Origin: a bacterium | Lineage (GTDB): Bacteria > Blakebacterota > Blakebacteria > Blakebacterales > JAWOFN01 | NCBI GenBank assembly: GCA_046497505.1 | Contig: JAWOFN010000125.1 | Location: 1-60,775, forward strand | Direction: 5' to 3' | Length of the DNA stretch: 60,775 nucleotides | In this document: positions 28,662 through 37,742 of the stretch, one piece after another | Numbering within the stretch: the stretch's first letter is position 1 | Layout of the letters: every line of letters starts with the position of its first letter | Notes under the pieces: generated by a model | Told to the model about the DNA's origin: nothing | Database searches by the model: none | Seen by the model: only the letters and a program-made list of their open reading frames with translations | Made by a program: the position numbers and the translations under genes

Positions 28662-29906
28662 CTATGCTATGGCTTCGCCGGAGCCGCCTTCAACCGAATT
28701 GTCCTTGGGGATCACCCGGTCGGTGGCCTCCCGCTCGGCCGAGCGGAGGAGCTGGAGGGTCAGCCCCGACCGGAAGAAGAGCAGCCCTCCCACCGCCAGG
28801 GCCGGGATCGCATGGCCCAGCCAGTACACGATGGAGAAGGCCGCGGCGTTGTGGTACGCCTCGGTGCCCGCACTGGCGGCTCCTGTCCCCAGCAGGGCGA
28901 ACGAGAGGACCACGGCCGCCTGGTAGGGTCCCGCGCTCCCGGGACCGGCGGGGATCAGCGTGCTGGCGTTGACCAGGATGACCAGCAGGAGGGTGGAGGC
29001 CACCGGTCCCACCCGGCTGGCTTCCTCCAGCCACCGCACCAGACCCTCGGCGTCCAGGAAGGCGTAGCAGGAATAGGCGATGAGTACCCACGAGATGGCG
29101 GAATAGAGGAAGAACTGTCCCAGGTGGGCCGGTTCGGAGGCGGGCCGCATCCCTTCCACGAAATTGTGGATCGCCCGGCGGAACCTCCCCGCCGCCCCGC
29201 TCCCCTCCCCGGAGAGGGGGAGCTGCTTGCGGAGGACGATGATGACCAGCAGGGCCCCGACGAGGACCAGGGCGAGTGCTCCCCCCGTCCAGGCCAGCCA
29301 CCGGAGGGTGGGACCCGCCAGGGCGGTGAACCCGATCAGGTAGACCACGATGGCCACCAGGGCCAGCAGGTCGGAGAGCTTTTCCAGGGCCACGCTGGCG
29401 GTGATCTTCGTCTTGCTCAGGCCGGTCCGCTCGCCGAGCACCACGATGCGGAGCACTTCGCCCGCCCGGGCCGGAAGGGCGTAGTTCCCGAAATACGCGA
29501 CGTAGGTGGTGAACACAGCGTCCCGGACGGTCACCTTCCCCTTCTCCTCCAGCAGGAAGTACCAACGGTAACCCCGGAACCAGACACCCGCGGCGAAGGT
29601 GGTCATCCCCCAGAGGAGCAGGCCCAGGTCGAGACTCCGGAGCACCTCCCACAGCCGGGCCGGTTCCACGTGCCTCAGTGCGAGGTCCAGGAAGATCACG
29701 GTCACCGCACCCTGGGCGAACTCCCCCAGGTAGGGGGCATAATGTCCCCTGCGTACCAGCACCCAGACGGTATAGATGAGGCCCCCGGCGATGAGCAGGG
29801 TGTGGATCGAGAGGGGACTGCCCCATCGCACCGCCCCGTAGGCCAGGGGTACCAGGCCGGCAAGCAGATGCAGGCTCCGGCGCCAGAGGACGGGGGCGGT
29901 CCTCAC
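28662..29906 (-). CDS. UPF0104 / lysylphosphatidylglycerol-synthase-TM-like (flippase-like) membrane protein
   Basis: Polytopic protein with the FRGYRWYFLL...FGNYALPARAGEVLR motif. Confidence 0.8.
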   Translation of the reverse strand: MRTAPVLWRRSLHLLAGLVPLAYGAVRWGSPLSIHTLLIAGGLIYTVWVLVRRGHYAPYLGEFAQGAVTVIFLDLALRHVEPARLWEVLRSLDLGLLLWGMTTFAAGVWFRGYRWYFLLEEKGKVTVRDAVFTTYVAYFGNYALPARAGEVLRIVVLGERTGLSKTKITASVALEKLSDLLALVAIVVYLIGFTALAGPTLRWLAWTGGALALVLVGALLVIIVLRKQLPLSGEGSGAAGRFRRAIHNFVEGMRPASEPAHLGQFFLYSAISWVLIAYSCYAFLDAEGLVRWLEEASRVGPVASTLLLVILVNASTLIPAGPGSAGPYQAAVVLSFALLGTGAASAGTEAYHNAAAFSIVYWLGHAIPALAVGGLLFFRSGLTLQLLRSAEREATDRVIPKDNSVEGGSGEAIA

Positions 29907-32365
29907 GGGCGGATCACCGGTACGGTCTCCATGAGATAGAAGCGTTCATCTTCTCCGAGTCTTCGCAGGGTCTCCCAGTGTGAGAGGGCCTCACGGAGGG
30001 CCCGGTCCGCACCCTCCGGCAGACCGGGACCTGACGGTCGGGGAGCGGCGAGACCGAGGAAGCGGCCCGCACTGAGCTCCTCCATCCCCGACCCATCCGC
30101 GGTGTACCGTACGACATCCGCGCTCCCCGGTTCCAGCCCTGCCTGCTCGGCGGCGATCACGGCCGCGTCCAGCAGGCCCCCCAGCCGGTCGACCAGCCCG
30201 TTCTCGACGGCCTGGGCCCCGGTCCAGACCCGGCCTCGGGCGATGCCCTCCACCTCCTGCCGGCTCATCCCCCGCCCGTCGGCCACCCGGCCCACGAACC
30301 GGTCGTACCCCTGCTGGAGGACCTCCTCGAGCCGCAGCCGCTCGGCGTCGGTGAGTCCCCGATGCATGCTGTAGGCACCCGCGAAGGCCCCCTCCTCCAC
30401 ACGCACCACGCTGTAGCCGATCTTCTCGTACAATCCCGAGAGGTCGAACTTGCCGCCGAAGATGCCGATGGACCCGGTGACGGTGCCGGCACGGGCCACG
30501 ACCTGGTCGGCTGCGCAGCTGATGTAATACCCTCCCGAGGCGGCGGCGTTCCCCATGCTCACCACCAGGGGTTTGCCACCGGCCTCGGAGACGGTCCGGT
30601 CCACCTCCCGCCAGATCATGTCGGAGGCCAGGGAGGAACCGCCGGGACTGTCCACACGGAGGACGATCGCCTTCACGAATGGGTCCTCCCGGGCCCGGCG
30701 CAGGGTCCGCACCACCGTCTCCGCCCCCATGAGGCTGCCCTGGAGGAGGTCGGTGCCGCTCTCTCCCGAGACGATGGCACCGGTGGCATAGACCACCGCG
30801 ACGCGGGGGCGCAGCGGGTCGAACCAGCGGGCGGTGCGGAGGTGCCGCCCCTCCTCCCACCGGCGACGGGAGACGATCTCCCGTCCTCGGGCCCCCTCTC
30901 CCTCACCCAGCACCTGATCGGAGTAGGCCAGGCCGTCCACCAGCCCCGCATCCAGGGCCTCCGGCCCGGTGAAGGGACCGTGATCGAACCAGGCGTCCAC
31001 ACGGCCGGGGGTGACCCCCCTGCCCCCCCGAAGCGCTCCCTTGAACTGGCCCACGTAGGAATCGAGGAGCCACCGGGTCATCTCCAGGTTCTCCTCGGAG
31101 GGAGCGGTCCGCGTGAACCGCTCCGGGGCGCTCTTGTACTCGTCGATCTTCACGAACTCCGCTTCCACACCCAGCTTCTCCAGGGTCCCTGCCAGGAACT
31201 CCAGCTCGAAGGCCAGACCGGTGAGTTCCACCGAACCGGAGGGGGGCACGAAGACCGAATCAGCTGCCGAAGCCAGGTAGAGGCCCCCCATCCCCAGCGA
31301 TTCCGCCCAGACGATGACCTCCTTCCCCGCCTCCCGCACGCTCCGCAGGCCGTCCCGTATCTCCTGGCGGGCGGCCCATCCGGTTCCCTCCCCCCCCAGA
31401 CGGAGCACCACCCCGCCCGCATCCGGGTCGTCCGCGATCCCGCGGAGGGTGATCAGGAGGTCGAGGAGCGTGTCCTCCTCGATGGGGAGGATGCCGAAGA
31501 GGGTCACCGGCTCCTCGGGGGGGATGCTGCGCAGGTCGATCAGCACGTGACGGGGCGCGGGAGGCCCCCAGAGGCTCTCATATCTCCCTCCACCCAGTCG
31601 GAGCCAGGTGAGGTGGCCCTGCTCGTCCCCCCCCTCCCGCCAGGTGCGCCGAAGCACCCCCAGCGATGTGCCGCCCAGCGCGAACTCGACCCCGGCGTAG
31701 AAGAGGTCTTCTCCCAGGACCGCCCGGAGTCCGATGCCGGAGCCGACCCGGGCCCCCAGGTGCAGAGCGGGCCGCAGCTCGTCGCCGTACTCCCGTCCGG
31801 AGGCCGGGTCACTGAAGAGCGTCCCCTCCGCTCCGATCCGCAGCGCCCCGCGAAGGAATTCCAGGGTCAGCCCCGATGTGACCCGTGGTTCCCGACCGCC
31901 CGGCTGGTTCAAGTCGGTGCCGTAGAGACCGGTGAGGAGCCAGGGCGCGATGCGGCGCACCAGCCCGGCGCTCCACACCTCCGGCCCGGCGTCCACCCAG
32001 CGATAGCTGTATCCGAGGGCCCAGCGCTCGCTCAGGCGCCATCCGGCGGCCACGGTCCAGTCGGTGCCCCGGTCCGGTCCCACCCCCCACCGTTCGGCGG
32101 AGATACCCAGAGGACCCAGCTTCAGGAAGGTACCCCAGTCCCTGCCTTCCCGACCCCGTTCGGTGTCCCATGCCCATACCAGCTCGGTCCCGGGGCTGAA
32201 CGCCAGGCCCGCGGGGTTCGCATAGATCCCCTCCACACCCACCGGCCGTGCCACAGGGGAAGAGATCCACGGGAGCACCCCCGCTCCCTGGGCCCGGACC
32301 GGTCCGGGCCGGGAGAGTGCTGCGGCGGTGATCAACAGGAGAAGTGTGCGGGCGGAGCGTCGCAT
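29903..32365 (-). CDS. sppA: Signal peptide peptidase SppA (67K, tandem ClpP-fold) with a ~265-aa N-terminal extension
   Basis: Two S49 halves (GLYLASAAD...; AASGGYYISCAAD...TGSIG). N-terminal signal peptide followed by a beta-strand-rich region containing YANPAGLA. Confidence 0.88.
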   Translation of the reverse strand: MRRSARTLLLLITAAALSRPGPVRAQGAGVLPWISSPVARPVGVEGIYANPAGLAFSPGTELVWAWDTERGREGRDWGTFLKLGPLGISAERWGVGPDRGTDWTVAAGWRLSERWALGYSYRWVDAGPEVWSAGLVRRIAPWLLTGLYGTDLNQPGGREPRVTSGLTLEFLRGALRIGAEGTLFSDPASGREYGDELRPALHLGARVGSGIGLRAVLGEDLFYAGVEFALGGTSLGVLRRTWREGGDEQGHLTWLRLGGGRYESLWGPPAPRHVLIDLRSIPPEEPVTLFGILPIEEDTLLDLLITLRGIADDPDAGGVVLRLGGEGTGWAARQEIRDGLRSVREAGKEVIVWAESLGMGGLYLASAADSVFVPPSGSVELTGLAFELEFLAGTLEKLGVEAEFVKIDEYKSAPERFTRTAPSEENLEMTRWLLDSYVGQFKGALRGGRGVTPGRVDAWFDHGPFTGPEALDAGLVDGLAYSDQVLGEGEGARGREIVSRRRWEEGRHLRTARWFDPLRPRVAVVYATGAIVSGESGTDLLQGSLMGAETVVRTLRRAREDPFVKAIVLRVDSPGGSSLASDMIWREVDRTVSEAGGKPLVVSMGNAAASGGYYISCAADQVVARAGTVTGSIGIFGGKFDLSGLYEKIGYSVVRVEEGAFAGAYSMHRGLTDAERLRLEEVLQQGYDRFVGRVADGRGMSRQEVEGIARGRVWTGAQAVENGLVDRLGGLLDAAVIAAEQAGLEPGSADVVRYTADGSGMEELSAGRFLGLAAPRPSGPGLPEGADRALREALSHWETLRRLGEDERFYLMETVPVIRP

Positions 32366-32729
32366 GGGGCCATCCTCCCTGCCGGCTCCAGGTGGTCATA
32401 GGGGGGGCAGCCCGCGGCCGCCCCGGGACGACATGGTGCTCTCCCTGAAGATAGCGTATCCGCTGACGGCTGCGTAGACGACCCTCTCGCCCCCCCCGTA
32501 CCGACAGGCCGACCCGATCCCGGATGCCCTCCGGACGGGATGTCGGGGACCTCGCTCATCCCTCGGGAGATGGGGCGTCGTCAAGATTCAGGATATTCGG
32601 GCCTGAAATACTTGACAGGACCCCTAACCTTTGTCTCATTATGCCTCGAAAGGGCCGGGAAGGGCCTTTTTCGCAGCTCTGCCCCGAGCCGAACTCTTGT
32701 TGAGAACCGAGGGAAAAAGGACGCCTCTC

Positions 32730-33266
32730 ATGACGCCGTCCAGCGCCTCCCCAGCAGCCGACGTGACCGGAACGGCTGCACCGGAAGTCGACCTGGGTCC
32801 GGTCGACCACATCCTCGAGGACCATCAGCATGATCGCACCCAGCTCATCGCCATCCTCCTCGACCTCCAGGAAGAGCTGGGATACCTCCCCGTCACAGGG
32901 CTGAAGTACGTAGCGCAGAACATGGAGGTCCCGCTCACCGAGATCTACGCGATCTCGACCTTCTACAAGTCTTTCCGCCTCACACCTCCCGGCAGGAAGC
33001 AGATCACGATCTGCCAGGGGACCGCCTGCCACGTGAGGGGGTCCGTGCAGGTCCAGCGGGAGTTCGAACGGCGGCTCGGGATCTGCGAGGGCGAGACCAC
33101 CCCGGACCTCTCGTTCGGCCTGGAGACGGTCGCCTGCGTGGGAGCCTGCGCCATCGGACCCGTCGTGATCGTGGATGATGAATATGTTGGCGAGATGACC
33201 CCCATGAAGGTCCCGGGACTCATCCGCAAGCTGGAGAAACAGATCGCATCGGAGAAGGTATCATGA
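32730..33266 (+). CDS. NuoE/HydC-like [2Fe-2S] thioredoxin-like ferredoxin subunit
   Basis: CQGTACHVRG...CVGACAIGP cluster motif. The ATG is at 32730 inside the longer ORF. Confidence 0.88.
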   Translation: MTPSSASPAADVTGTAAPEVDLGPVDHILEDHQHDRTQLIAILLDLQEELGYLPVTGLKYVAQNMEVPLTEIYAISTFYKSFRLTPPGRKQITICQGTACHVRGSVQVQREFERRLGICEGETTPDLSFGLETVACVGACAIGPVVIVDDEYVGEMTPMKVPGLIRKLEKQIASEKVS

Positions 33267-35128
33267 GTGCCGCCAGCCTGGATGTCTGGGAAGAACTCCG
33301 GGAAGCGCGGGCACACCCCCGGGACGAGGAACGCATCTGTGTGACTCTCTGTATGGGCCCCGGGTGTGTTGCCAGCGGTGCCGTGGCCGTCGAGAAGGCG
33401 TTCCAGGAGCGGCTTGCCGAAGCGGGTATCGAGGATGAAGTGGACTTCCGGAGCACGGGCTGTCACGGCTTCTGTGCCGGGGGGCCGCTTGCCACCATCG
33501 ATCCCCAGGGGGTTCTGTATCAGGGCGTGAAGGTCTCCGACGTCGGACGCATCGTGAAGCAGACGGTCGTGGAGGGGGAACTGCTTGAGGATCTGGTCTA
33601 TCACGATCCTGCGAGCGGTGACCCGGTCCCGCAGGAAGAGGAGATCCCCTTCTACCGGAACCAGAAGCGGACACTGCTCCTGGAGAACCGCCGGGTCGAT
33701 CCGGACAGCCTGGACGACTTCCTGGGTATCGGGGGCTATCATGCCCTGGCCCATACCTTTCAGTGGGTGAGTCCCCAGGGCGTAATCGACTTCGTCAGCC
33801 GCGCCGGACTCAGAGGACGCGGCGGAGCGGGCTTCCCCACCGGAAGGAAGTGGGACCTCGCCCGGAGACAGGAAGGCACACCGAAGTACATCGTATGCAA
33901 CGCGGACGAAGGTGACCCGGGGGCCTACATGGATCGGGGCATCCTGGAAGGCAATCCCCACCGTGTCATCGAGGGGATGGTCATAGGGGCCTACGCCATC
34001 GGGGCGTCCTCCGGCTTCGTATACGTGCGCCACGAGTATCCCATCGCCGTCAAGCGGATCACACGAGCCATCGAGGCGGCTGAAGAAGCAGGTCTGCTGG
34101 GTGAGGACATCCTGGGCAGCGGTTTCGATTTCGAACTCGAGGTGGTACGGGGCGCCGGGGCCTTCGTGTGCGGTGAGGAGACCGCTCTGATCGCCTCCCT
34201 GGAGGGTAAGGTGGGTGAACCGCATCAGCGCCCTCCCTTCCCCGTGGAACGCGGGTACCGGGGTCGCCCCACCGTGATCAACAACGTGGAGACCTGGGCC
34301 AACGTCCCCCACATCATCAACGAAGGACCGGAATGGTACGCATCCACCGGATCTGAGGGGAGCAAGGGGACGAAGATCTTCTCCCTTGTGGGCAAAGTCC
34401 GGAACACCGGACTCGTCGAGGTCCCCATGGGAACCACGATCCGCTCCCTCGTCTATGAGGTCGGGGGCGGGATGCCCGACGGAAGGGCCTTCAAGGCGAT
34501 CCAGACCGGAGGCCCCGCGGGGGGGTGCCTCCCCGAAGGACTCATCGACCTGCCCATCGACTTCGAGGCCCTCAAGCATGCCGGAGCCATCATGGGCTCC
34601 GGGGGCCTGATCGTGATGGACGAGACCACCTGCATGGTGGACGTCGCCAGGTACTTCACACGCTTCCTGGAAGAGGAGTCGTGCGGTAAGTGCTACTCCT
34701 GCCGCAAGGGCACCCAGAGGATGCGCGAACTCCTTGACGACATCTGTGAAGGACGTGGAACACTGGACCACCTGGACCTGCTGGAAGAGCTGGGAGAGAC
34801 GGTGAACCTGACCAGCATGTGCGGTCTGGGACAGAACGCAGCGAACCCGGTGCTCTCCACCCTGAAGTACTTCCGCGAGGAATATGAGGCGCACATCCTC
34901 GAGCACCGCTGTCCGGCAGAGGTCTGCAGCGCCCTGATCCGCTATGAGATCACGGCCGACCTGTGTGACGGTTGTCATGCCTGTGTGAAGGTGTGTCCCG
35001 CCGACGCCATCAGGGGTGAGAAGGACCACGTCCACTTCATCGAGGACGAGACCTGCATCAAGTGCGGCAGCTGTCTGGATGTGTGCGCCAAGGACGCGGT
35101 GACGGTGATCTCCGGAGGTGAGGCATGA
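33263..35128 (+). CDS. NuoF/HydB-like NADH-binding FMN Fe-S flavoprotein, with an N-terminal 2Fe-2S domain and a C-terminal 2x[4Fe-4S] domain
   Basis: CMGPGC...GCHGFCAGGP; GLRGRGGAGFPTGRKW; ESCGKCYSCRKG; CDGCHACVKVCP and CIKCGSCLDVC. ATGA overlap with the upstream gene. Confidence 0.92.
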   Translation: MSAASLDVWEELREARAHPRDEERICVTLCMGPGCVASGAVAVEKAFQERLAEAGIEDEVDFRSTGCHGFCAGGPLATIDPQGVLYQGVKVSDVGRIVKQTVVEGELLEDLVYHDPASGDPVPQEEEIPFYRNQKRTLLLENRRVDPDSLDDFLGIGGYHALAHTFQWVSPQGVIDFVSRAGLRGRGGAGFPTGRKWDLARRQEGTPKYIVCNADEGDPGAYMDRGILEGNPHRVIEGMVIGAYAIGASSGFVYVRHEYPIAVKRITRAIEAAEEAGLLGEDILGSGFDFELEVVRGAGAFVCGEETALIASLEGKVGEPHQRPPFPVERGYRGRPTVINNVETWANVPHIINEGPEWYASTGSEGSKGTKIFSLVGKVRNTGLVEVPMGTTIRSLVYEVGGGMPDGRAFKAIQTGGPAGGCLPEGLIDLPIDFEALKHAGAIMGSGGLIVMDETTCMVDVARYFTRFLEEESCGKCYSCRKGTQRMRELLDDICEGRGTLDHLDLLEELGETVNLTSMCGLGQNAANPVLSTLKYFREEYEAHILEHRCPAEVCSALIRYEITADLCDGCHACVKVCPADAIRGEKDHVHFIEDETCIKCGSCLDVCAKDAVTVISGGEA

Positions 35129-35862
35129 AACGGATACAGCTCACCATCGACGGGCTCCCGGTGCAGGTGGACGAGGGGACGACGATCCTGGAGGCCTCGC
35201 GGATGTACGGGATCGACATCCCCACCCTCTGTCACGATGACGGACTGAGTCCCTACGGGGCCTGCCGGCTCTGCATCGTGGAGGTCGGGCCGCCGCACAG
35301 TTCAAAAGTCGTCTCCTCCTGCACCTACCGGTGCGAGGAGGGACTGGAGGTGCGGACCCATTCACGGCGCGTGATCAACGCCCGGAAGGTGGTCCTGGAA
35401 CTCATGGTGGCTTCGAGTCCCGGTTCGAAGACCCTCCAGGACCTGGCTGCCGCCCACGGTGTCACGAAGATGCGGTTCCGACCCGAATCGGAGGACTGCA
35501 TCCTCTGCGGCCTCTGTGTCCGGATGTGTGAGGAGCAGATGATGGCCTCGGCTATCGGTTTCGTGGGGCGGGGACCCGACCGCCGGATCACCACCCCGTT
35601 CGACGAGCTGAGCGAGCTGTGCCGCCACTGCGGAGGATGCATGTACATCTGCCCCATCTGCGAGCTCCGCTGCATGGGACCGGCAGCGGAGACGACACTC
35701 TGCAGCGGCTGTCTCAACCTGCCCCCTTCGTGCGTCGAAGTGTACGACCATCAGCAGTGCTGGATGCCGCCCTCGTGCGGCACCTGCGTGCGTCCCGAAG
35801 GCGAGTATCTGCCCGCCGCCGGACGTGTGATCGAGATCGAGACAGACAACACTCAGGAGTAA
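35125..35862 (+). CDS. Fe-S subunit resembling only the N-terminal part of NuoG/HydA (2Fe-2S + 2x[4Fe-4S]); no catalytic domain
   Basis: GACRLCIVEV, CILCGLCVRMC, CRHCGGCMYICP and a Cys-rich tail. ATGA overlap with the nuoF-like gene. Confidence 0.85.
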   Translation: MKRIQLTIDGLPVQVDEGTTILEASRMYGIDIPTLCHDDGLSPYGACRLCIVEVGPPHSSKVVSSCTYRCEEGLEVRTHSRRVINARKVVLELMVASSPGSKTLQDLAAAHGVTKMRFRPESEDCILCGLCVRMCEEQMMASAIGFVGRGPDRRITTPFDELSELCRHCGGCMYICPICELRCMGPAAETTLCSGCLNLPPSCVEVYDHQQCWMPPSCGTCVRPEGEYLPAAGRVIEIETDNTQE

Positions 35863-35905
35863 CCCAGGCCCGGCATAGCGCGGGAACCTTTTAGGAGGAG
35901 CGGCA

Positions 35906-37486
35906 ATGTCCTTCACGCGGATCAACGCAAGCGCAGCGACCCTCTCCAAGAACCGGACCGAAGGGAGCATCACACCCATCAGCGGCATGTGCGTCACGTG
36001 TGTGGACGGATGCGTGGGCATGTGCGAGATCGGGAAGTCCGCCTATCGCGGCCCGGAGATGATCTATCCCCAGCCTTTCGGGATCATCACCACCGCCTCG
36101 GAGAAGGACTACCCGCACGACTACGGCGACCTGACCATCCTAGGTACGTGCGTGGGGGCCCACGGCATCGAGGCGGATTCCGACAAGGCGATCTTCCCGA
36201 ACGTGAAGCTGGAGCGCCAGATCGGCATCGCGAAGGAGATCACGGCCTCGCTCCCCTTCGTCATCGCCGGGATGGGCTCCACCAACGTGGCCGCCCAGAA
36301 CTGGGAAGGCCTCGCGGCCGGCGCCGCCATCTCCGGTGTCCCCATGGTCATCGGCGAGAACGTCGTGGGCATGGACATGAACTCGGTCATCGAAGACGAC
36401 CGGGTGAAGAGCAGTCCCGAACTGGAACGCCGGGTCCGTCTCTACACCGACTGGCAGATCGACGGCAGGGGGAAGATCATCCTCCAGTCCAACATCGAGG
36501 ACACCCGCCTGGGCGTTCAGGAGTTCGCCATCGAGAACCTCGGTGTCGAGGCCGTGGAGCTGAAGTGGGGCCAGGGCGCCAAGGATATCGGCGGCGAGGT
36601 GAAGATCACAAACCTGGACAAGGCCCAGGAACTCTACAGACGCGGCTATGTCGTGCTCCCCGACCCCACCGACCCGGAGGTGGTCGAGGCCTTCAAGAGT
36701 GGAGTCTTCCACGAGTTCGAACGGCACAGCCGGGTGGGCATGGTGAGCGAGGAGTCCTTCATCAAGCGGGTGGAGGAACTTCGGGCCGCAGGCGCGAAGT
36801 ACGTGACGCTCAAGACCGGTGCCTACCGTCCCGCCGACCTGGCCCGGGCCATCAAGTTCGCCTCCATCGCCGAGCTCGACCTCCTCACGGTCGACGGCGC
36901 CGGCGGCGGTACGGGCATGAGCCCCTGGCGGATGATGAACGAGTGGGGCGTCCCGGTGCTTGAGATCCACAGCCTGCTCTGGCAGATGGCCGACAAGCTG
37001 AACGGCAAGGGTGAGTACGTCCCCGACCTGGCCCTGGCCGGCGGGTTCACCTTCGAGGACCAGATCTTCAAGGGTCTGGCCCTGGGTGCCCCCTACGTGA
37101 AGCTCATCGGTATGGCCCGTGCGCCCCTGGCCGCCGCCATGGTGGGCAAGACCATCGGGAAGCACATCGACGAGGGCATGCTGCCCGTCTTCGTGAGCCG
37201 TTTCGGGGGCAGCCGGGAGGAGGTCTTCGTGACGGCCCCTGAGGTGAAGAAGCTCCTGGGGAACGAGCGCTTCACGGAGCTGCCCACCGGCGCGCTGGGT
37301 GTCTACTCCTACTTCGCCCGTCTCGCACAGGGTGTGGAGCAGCTCGCCGCCGGTTCCAGGAAGTTCAACCTGGACGAGATCGGCCGCGACGACGTGGCCT
37401 GCCTCACCCGGGAAGCCGCCGACATCACGGGCATCCCGTACGTCACCGAGGTGGACGCCGAAGAAGTGGAGCAGATCCTGGCCTGA
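35906..37486 (+). CDS. Stand-alone glutamate-synthase FMN-domain (GltB domain 2 family) oxidoreductase with an N-terminal Cys cluster
   Basis: CVTCVDGCVGMC; LKWGQGAKDIGGE; TVDGAGGGTGMSP; LAGGFTFEDQIFKGLALGA. AGGAGG lies 6 nt upstream of the ATG. Confidence 0.88.
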   Translation: MSFTRINASAATLSKNRTEGSITPISGMCVTCVDGCVGMCEIGKSAYRGPEMIYPQPFGIITTASEKDYPHDYGDLTILGTCVGAHGIEADSDKAIFPNVKLERQIGIAKEITASLPFVIAGMGSTNVAAQNWEGLAAGAAISGVPMVIGENVVGMDMNSVIEDDRVKSSPELERRVRLYTDWQIDGRGKIILQSNIEDTRLGVQEFAIENLGVEAVELKWGQGAKDIGGEVKITNLDKAQELYRRGYVVLPDPTDPEVVEAFKSGVFHEFERHSRVGMVSEESFIKRVEELRAAGAKYVTLKTGAYRPADLARAIKFASIAELDLLTVDGAGGGTGMSPWRMMNEWGVPVLEIHSLLWQMADKLNGKGEYVPDLALAGGFTFEDQIFKGLALGAPYVKLIGMARAPLAAAMVGKTIGKHIDEGMLPVFVSRFGGSREEVFVTAPEVKKLLGNERFTELPTGALGVYSYFARLAQGVEQLAAGSRKFNLDEIGRDDVACLTREAADITGIPYVTEVDAEEVEQILA

Positions 37487-37539
37487 GGCGGGATCCACAC
37501 CGTACCCCCTACGGGGCTTCCGGGCCCCTCACCCCCGGC

Positions 37540-37576
37540 GCCCTCCGCGTTCTCCCGCGGAGGGCGTCTTCTTTCC
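37540..37576 (+). terminator. Intrinsic terminator after the NuoEF/GltS-like operon
   Basis: Stem GCCCTCCGCG/CGCGGAGGGC with a 6-nt loop, followed by GTCTTCTTTCC. Confidence 0.55.
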
Positions 37577-37742
37577 ACGGACCCTCCCGACCTCTCAGGG
37601 GGGCGGCAGGGTCCCCCGTACCGCATCCTCGAACTCCCCCTTCAGGTGGATGTGCATCGGCCGCTCCCCGGAAGAGACCCTTGGGACGGACCATGATGAG
37701 TGGACCATGGCAATCCCTCTCCCTCCGCTCATCCCTCGACGG

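Noticed and set aside
32612-32642. TTGACA ... CATTAT promoter-like pair upstream of the nuoE-like operon
   Set aside because: The spacer is 19 nt, too long for a standard sigma70 promoter. The AT-richer spacer is probably the promoter region, but I cannot place the boxes.
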